NCBI RefSeq assembly: GCF_022565775.1 | Contig: NZ_JAIUMC010000005.1 | Location: forward strand, 2,878-66,877 | Source: Natronospirillum sp. | Lineage (GTDB): Bacteria; Pseudomonadota; Gammaproteobacteria; Pseudomonadales; Natronospirillaceae | Direction: 5' to 3' | Length of the DNA stretch: 64,000 bases | Shown here: positions 60,720 to 64,000 of the stretch, piece after piece | Layout of the letters: the number at the start of each line of letters is the position of its first letter | Numbering within the stretch: position 1 is the first letter of the stretch | Program-made: the position numbers and the translations under genes | The notes under the pieces: generated by a model | What the model was told of the DNA's origin: nothing | The model's input: only the letters and a program-made list of their open reading frames with translations | The model's database searches: none

Positions 60720-61910
60720 GTGTACGACATCATCATTATCGGCGGCGGCATCCTTGGGGTGTCGACCGCCATGCAGCTCAAGCAGACATACCCGGACCAG
60801 CGCATGCTGCTCCTGGACAAGGAGCCTGCGCTGGCCCGTCACCAGACCGGGCACAACAGCGGCGTCATTCATGCCGGCGTCTACTATGCGCCCGGCAGCC
60901 TGAAAGCCCGCTTCTGCCTGGAAGGTAACCGCGCCACCAAGGCGTTCTGTGATCAGTACAAGATTCCTTATGAGGCGTGCGGCAAGCTGCTGGTTGCCAC
61001 CAATGAGCTGGAGATGCAGCGCATGCAGGCGCTTTGGGAGCGCACCGCCAGCAACGGCGTGGAGCGCCACTGGGTCAGCCAGGAGGAACTGCGCGAGCGC
61101 GAGCCGAATATCACCGGGCTTGGGGGAATTTTCGTGCCCTCCTCGGGCATTGTCGACTATGCACGGGTCACGGAAGCCATGGGCCGGGTGTTTGCCGACG
61201 CCGGTGGCGAGATCCGCCTTGACACGACCGTCACCGGATTGGAAGAGCGTGCCGATACGGTGGTCGTCAAAACCGACCAAGGCGAGTTTCAGGGTAGGCG
61301 CATGGTCAGCTGTTCCGGGCTGATGGCGGACCGGGTGGTGCGAATGCTGGGGCTTGAACCGGATTTCACCATTGTGCCGTTTCGCGGCGAGTACTATCGA
61401 CTGGCACCGCAGCACAATGCCATCGTCAATCACCTGATCTACCCAATTCCCGACCCGTCCATGCCGTTTCTTGGCGTGCATCTGACACGCATGATCGATG
61501 GCTCGGTGACCGTCGGCCCCAATGCGGTGCTGGCCTGGAAGCGCGAAGGTTATCGCAAGTCGGATATTTCGCTGCGCGACAGTGCCGCCATGCTGCGCAA
61601 CCCGGGCGTTCTCCGGGTATTGAAAGACAATCTGAAACCGGGACTGTGGGAACTGAAGAATTCCCTGTTCAAGCCGGGTTACCTGAAAGAGGTGCAGAAA
61701 TACTGCCCCGGCCTGACGCTGTCGGACCTTCAGCCCTATCCGGCCGGTGTTCGCGCCCAGGCCGTCTCACGGGATGGCAAGCTGGTCGATGACTTTCTGT
61801 TCATGAACACGAAGCGCACGGTCAATGTGTGCAACGCCCCATCACCGGCAGCCACCTCGGCCCTGCCCATCGGGGCCCATATTGTCGAGCAGGTCAAAGC
61901 ACTGGATTGA
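60720..61910 (+). CDS. lhgO: L-2-hydroxyglutarate oxidase
   Basis: GGGILG, HQTGHNSGVIHAGVYY, PFLGVHLT, AGVRAQAV and NAPSPAATSA; follows glaH. Confidence 0.95.
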   Translation: MYDIIIIGGGILGVSTAMQLKQTYPDQRMLLLDKEPALARHQTGHNSGVIHAGVYYAPGSLKARFCLEGNRATKAFCDQYKIPYEACGKLLVATNELEMQRMQALWERTASNGVERHWVSQEELREREPNITGLGGIFVPSSGIVDYARVTEAMGRVFADAGGEIRLDTTVTGLEERADTVVVKTDQGEFQGRRMVSCSGLMADRVVRMLGLEPDFTIVPFRGEYYRLAPQHNAIVNHLIYPIPDPSMPFLGVHLTRMIDGSVTVGPNAVLAWKREGYRKSDISLRDSAAMLRNPGVLRVLKDNLKPGLWELKNSLFKPGYLKEVQKYCPGLTLSDLQPYPAGVRAQAVSRDGKLVDDFLFMNTKRTVNVCNAPSPAATSALPIGAHIVEQVKALD

Positions 61911-61992
61911 AACTGAAAATTTGCAGGGTTTCTGCGCCAAGGTTAATCTAGCGGGTAATGTTGTTTGGCGCAGCACAGGAGGTGTCTGGCCA

Positions 61993-62481
61993 GTGAGTTG
62001 TATCGATGCAGTACCGGCCCGCAACCGCGCCGGTGGATTCACCTTGATAGAAGTAGTGCTGGTCATCGTGATTCTGGGCATTTTGTCCGGCTTCGCGTTG
62101 CCACGCCTGCTCGACCTGCAAGGCAACGCGCAGTACAGCAATGTGCAGGCGCAGGCCACTGCCCTGCGCAGTCGCAACACTACCAATGAACTGACCTGTC
62201 GGCTCGGCCAGGATGACTGTGTCGACATTACCAGCACCGGTGACCAGGCCTGCGTGGATGGCATGAACGCGTTTCTGCCGGAACTGGACCAGAGCCTCTA
62301 TTCGCTGCGCAACATCAACTCCAGCACCCCCAGAGATCAGTGGGCCGACGATCTGGAACCCGGCGAAGCACTGTTCTGGATAACCCGCTTTCTGGGCGAC
62401 GACACCAGCAATCATCCTAACGAGGCCTGGTTCAATACCTGGAATGCAACACAGCCCTGCGTGCTGTCACTTGCTGACTGA
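61993..62481 (+). CDS. Orphan type IV prepilin-like protein
   Basis: GTG start after AGGAGG; ...RAGG|[24 protein letters not shown]; three central Cys and one C-terminal Cys. Confidence 0.85.
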   Translation: MSCIDAVPARNRAGGFTLIEVVLVIVILGILSGFALPRLLDLQGNAQYSNVQAQATALRSRNTTNELTCRLGQDDCVDITSTGDQACVDGMNAFLPELDQSLYSLRNINSSTPRDQWADDLEPGEALFWITRFLGDDTSNHPNEAWFNTWNATQPCVLSLAD

Positions 62482-62573
62482 CCCCGCCACCAGCCGCCCT
62501 TCAACTTGCCAGAAGACTGGGGTTTGTGCCTACAATCTACTCATAAAGATTACACAAGCAGGCGATCAACCGC

Positions 62574-64000
62574 ATGAGTGACTCCGGCAGCCTTGGTTTG
62601 GTGCTACTGGGCGGCGCGCTTCTCTGGGCTGTCATTGCATCCATTACCGCTGTTGTCCTGCAGCGCAGGGCCAGATCCGACCGCATCCAGCAGAGCCATC
62701 TTCAGGCACTGGTGGACAGCATTCCCGACCTCACCTGGATCAAGGACCGCGAAAGCCGTTTTCTGCTGGTTAACCGTCAGTTCAGCCGCGCCTTTGACCA
62801 GCCTGTGACCTGGTTTATTGGCAAGTCCGATCTGGATCTCAGTGAACGTGACCAGGCTCTGGCCTATCTCGAGGATGATCGTCAGGTGATGGCCGACCAG
62901 AGCCCGCTGATCCGCCAGGAGCACATCACCGGTGATTCGGGCTCGGTGGCCTGGGCGGAAACGATCAAGGTACCGGTCTTTTCACCGCAGGGTGACGTGG
63001 TCGGCACTGCGGGCATGGCACGTGATATCACCGAGCGCAAGAAGGCAGAAGCCCGTATCGAATACCTGGCTCACCATGATCCGCTGACCGGTCTGCTGAA
63101 TCGCCGTCGACTCGAAGTGCTGGGTGAAGAACACCTGTCTGCACTGACCGATGGCGAGCAGCTGGCCTTGATCTTCATTGATCTGGACAACTTCAAATCA
63201 CTGAACGACACGCTGGGACATCGCCTCGGTGACGAGGCTTTGGTCACCCTGTCAGAGCGCCTGCGAGCACTGGTGGGCCAGCAAGGCTGGGTTGCCCGCT
63301 TCGGTGGGGATGAATTTGTACTGCTTGCACCCGGTGAAGACCTGCCACTTGATGATCTGGTACAGCGCATTCCCGACACTATTGCTGTACCGTTGGAGAT
63401 CAGCGGTTTCAGACTCCAGCTGACCGCGAGCGTTGGTGTCAGCGTCTTTCCGCGTGATGCAGACAATTTTGATGACCTGCTGCGCTGTGCAGACCTCGCC
63501 ATGTACCAGGCCAAACGCCAGGGACCGGGTCAGGTCGGCACCTATAATGCGAGCTTCAGTCATCAGTCGCTGTTCCGGCTGTCGTTTCGCCAAACCTTGC
63601 AGGATGCTCTGGACAACGACCAGCTGTTTCTGGAGTACCAGCCCAAGATTGACCACAGTACTCAGCGCATGACCGGTCTCGAAGCGTTACTGCGCTGGCA
63701 GCACCCGGAGCGAGGCCTGATCTCACCGGTCGAGTTCATCCCGCTGGCAGAGCAGACAGGACAGATTGTAAAACTGGGCGACTGGGTCCTGGACCAGGTG
63801 CTGGCGCAGATTGCCACCTGGCGCCAATCCGGCAGCAGCCCGCCGCGAGTGGCCATCAACCTGTCAGCACTGCAGATCCACCAGCCGAGTTTTGTGGATC
63901 GGGTGGAGGCACTGCTGGCCCAGTACAACCTGCCCGGAGAGGTGCTGGAATTCGAATTGACCGAATCCACACTGATGGAGCCCAGCCCCGATATCAATCA
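62574..64000 (+). CDS. TM-PAS/PAC-GGDEF-EAL protein (partial, runs off the window; absent from the ORF track)
   Basis: From ATG 62574: TM, IPDLTWIKD (PAS), RDITERK, HDPLTGLLNR, ARFGGDEF, YQPK and LEALLRW. Confidence 0.93.
   Translation, partial: MSDSGSLGLVLLGGALLWAVIASITAVVLQRRARSDRIQQSHLQALVDSIPDLTWIKDRESRFLLVNRQFSRAFDQPVTWFIGKSDLDLSERDQALAYLEDDRQVMADQSPLIRQEHITGDSGSVAWAETIKVPVFSPQGDVVGTAGMARDITERKKAEARIEYLAHHDPLTGLLNRRRLEVLGEEHLSALTDGEQLALIFIDLDNFKSLNDTLGHRLGDEALVTLSERLRALVGQQGWVARFGGDEFVLLAPGEDLPLDDLVQRIPDTIAVPLEISGFRLQLTASVGVSVFPRDADNFDDLLRCADLAMYQAKRQGPGQVGTYNASFSHQSLFRLSFRQTLQDALDNDQLFLEYQPKIDHSTQRMTGLEALLRWQHPERGLISPVEFIPLAEQTGQIVKLGDWVLDQVLAQIATWRQSGSSPPRVAINLSALQIHQPSFVDRVEALLAQYNLPGEVLEFELTESTLMEPSPDIN

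Noticed and set aside
62544-62570. Sigma-28-like TAAAGATT...GGCGATCA before the GGDEF-EAL gene
   Set aside because: The spacer is 9 nt rather than 11, and the site is too close to the start codon.
1-64000. CRISPR arrays, IS elements, prophage or defence genes, rRNA/tRNA
   Set aside because: I found no regularly spaced repeats, transposase, integrase or nuclease-defence ORFs, or RNA-gene signatures by eye. A tRNAscan/Infernal run would be the definitive check.

Overview
GC-rich gammaproteobacterial chromosome segment. The gene content suggests a marine or halophilic Oceanospirillales-like organism (inference only). It carries housekeeping and catabolic loci: hut histidine utilisation, manA, an AfuABC/FbpABC-like ABC importer with a LysR regulator, bioMNY, icmF, tamAB, gpmI-envC-ctpA-yibQ, rhodanese-grxC-secB, glnA, ubiH/ubiI, trmL, gloA and glaH-lhgO. 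An MSHA-type type IVa pilus locus spans about 47.0-58.8 kb. I saw no rRNA, tRNA, CRISPR array, transposase or integrase. The most unusual features cluster in the pilus region: an extra MshEN-TPR fusion gene between mshN and mshE, a sigma-54-type promoter before the major pilin, a hyperacidic pilin whose variable region has foreign-looking codons and a DxDxDG loop, a frameshifted pilin remnant, and a third orphan pilin. Notable non-coding signals are a 32-bp LiuR-type palindrome before icmF, an inverted 7-bp-unit array (about 110 nt hairpin) before bioMNY, a GNRA-capped structured leader before gpmI, and a full NtrC/sigma-54 glnA promoter. A substrate-binding protein is translationally coupled to a diguanylate cyclase. 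All assignments come from reading motifs by eye; no database searches were run.
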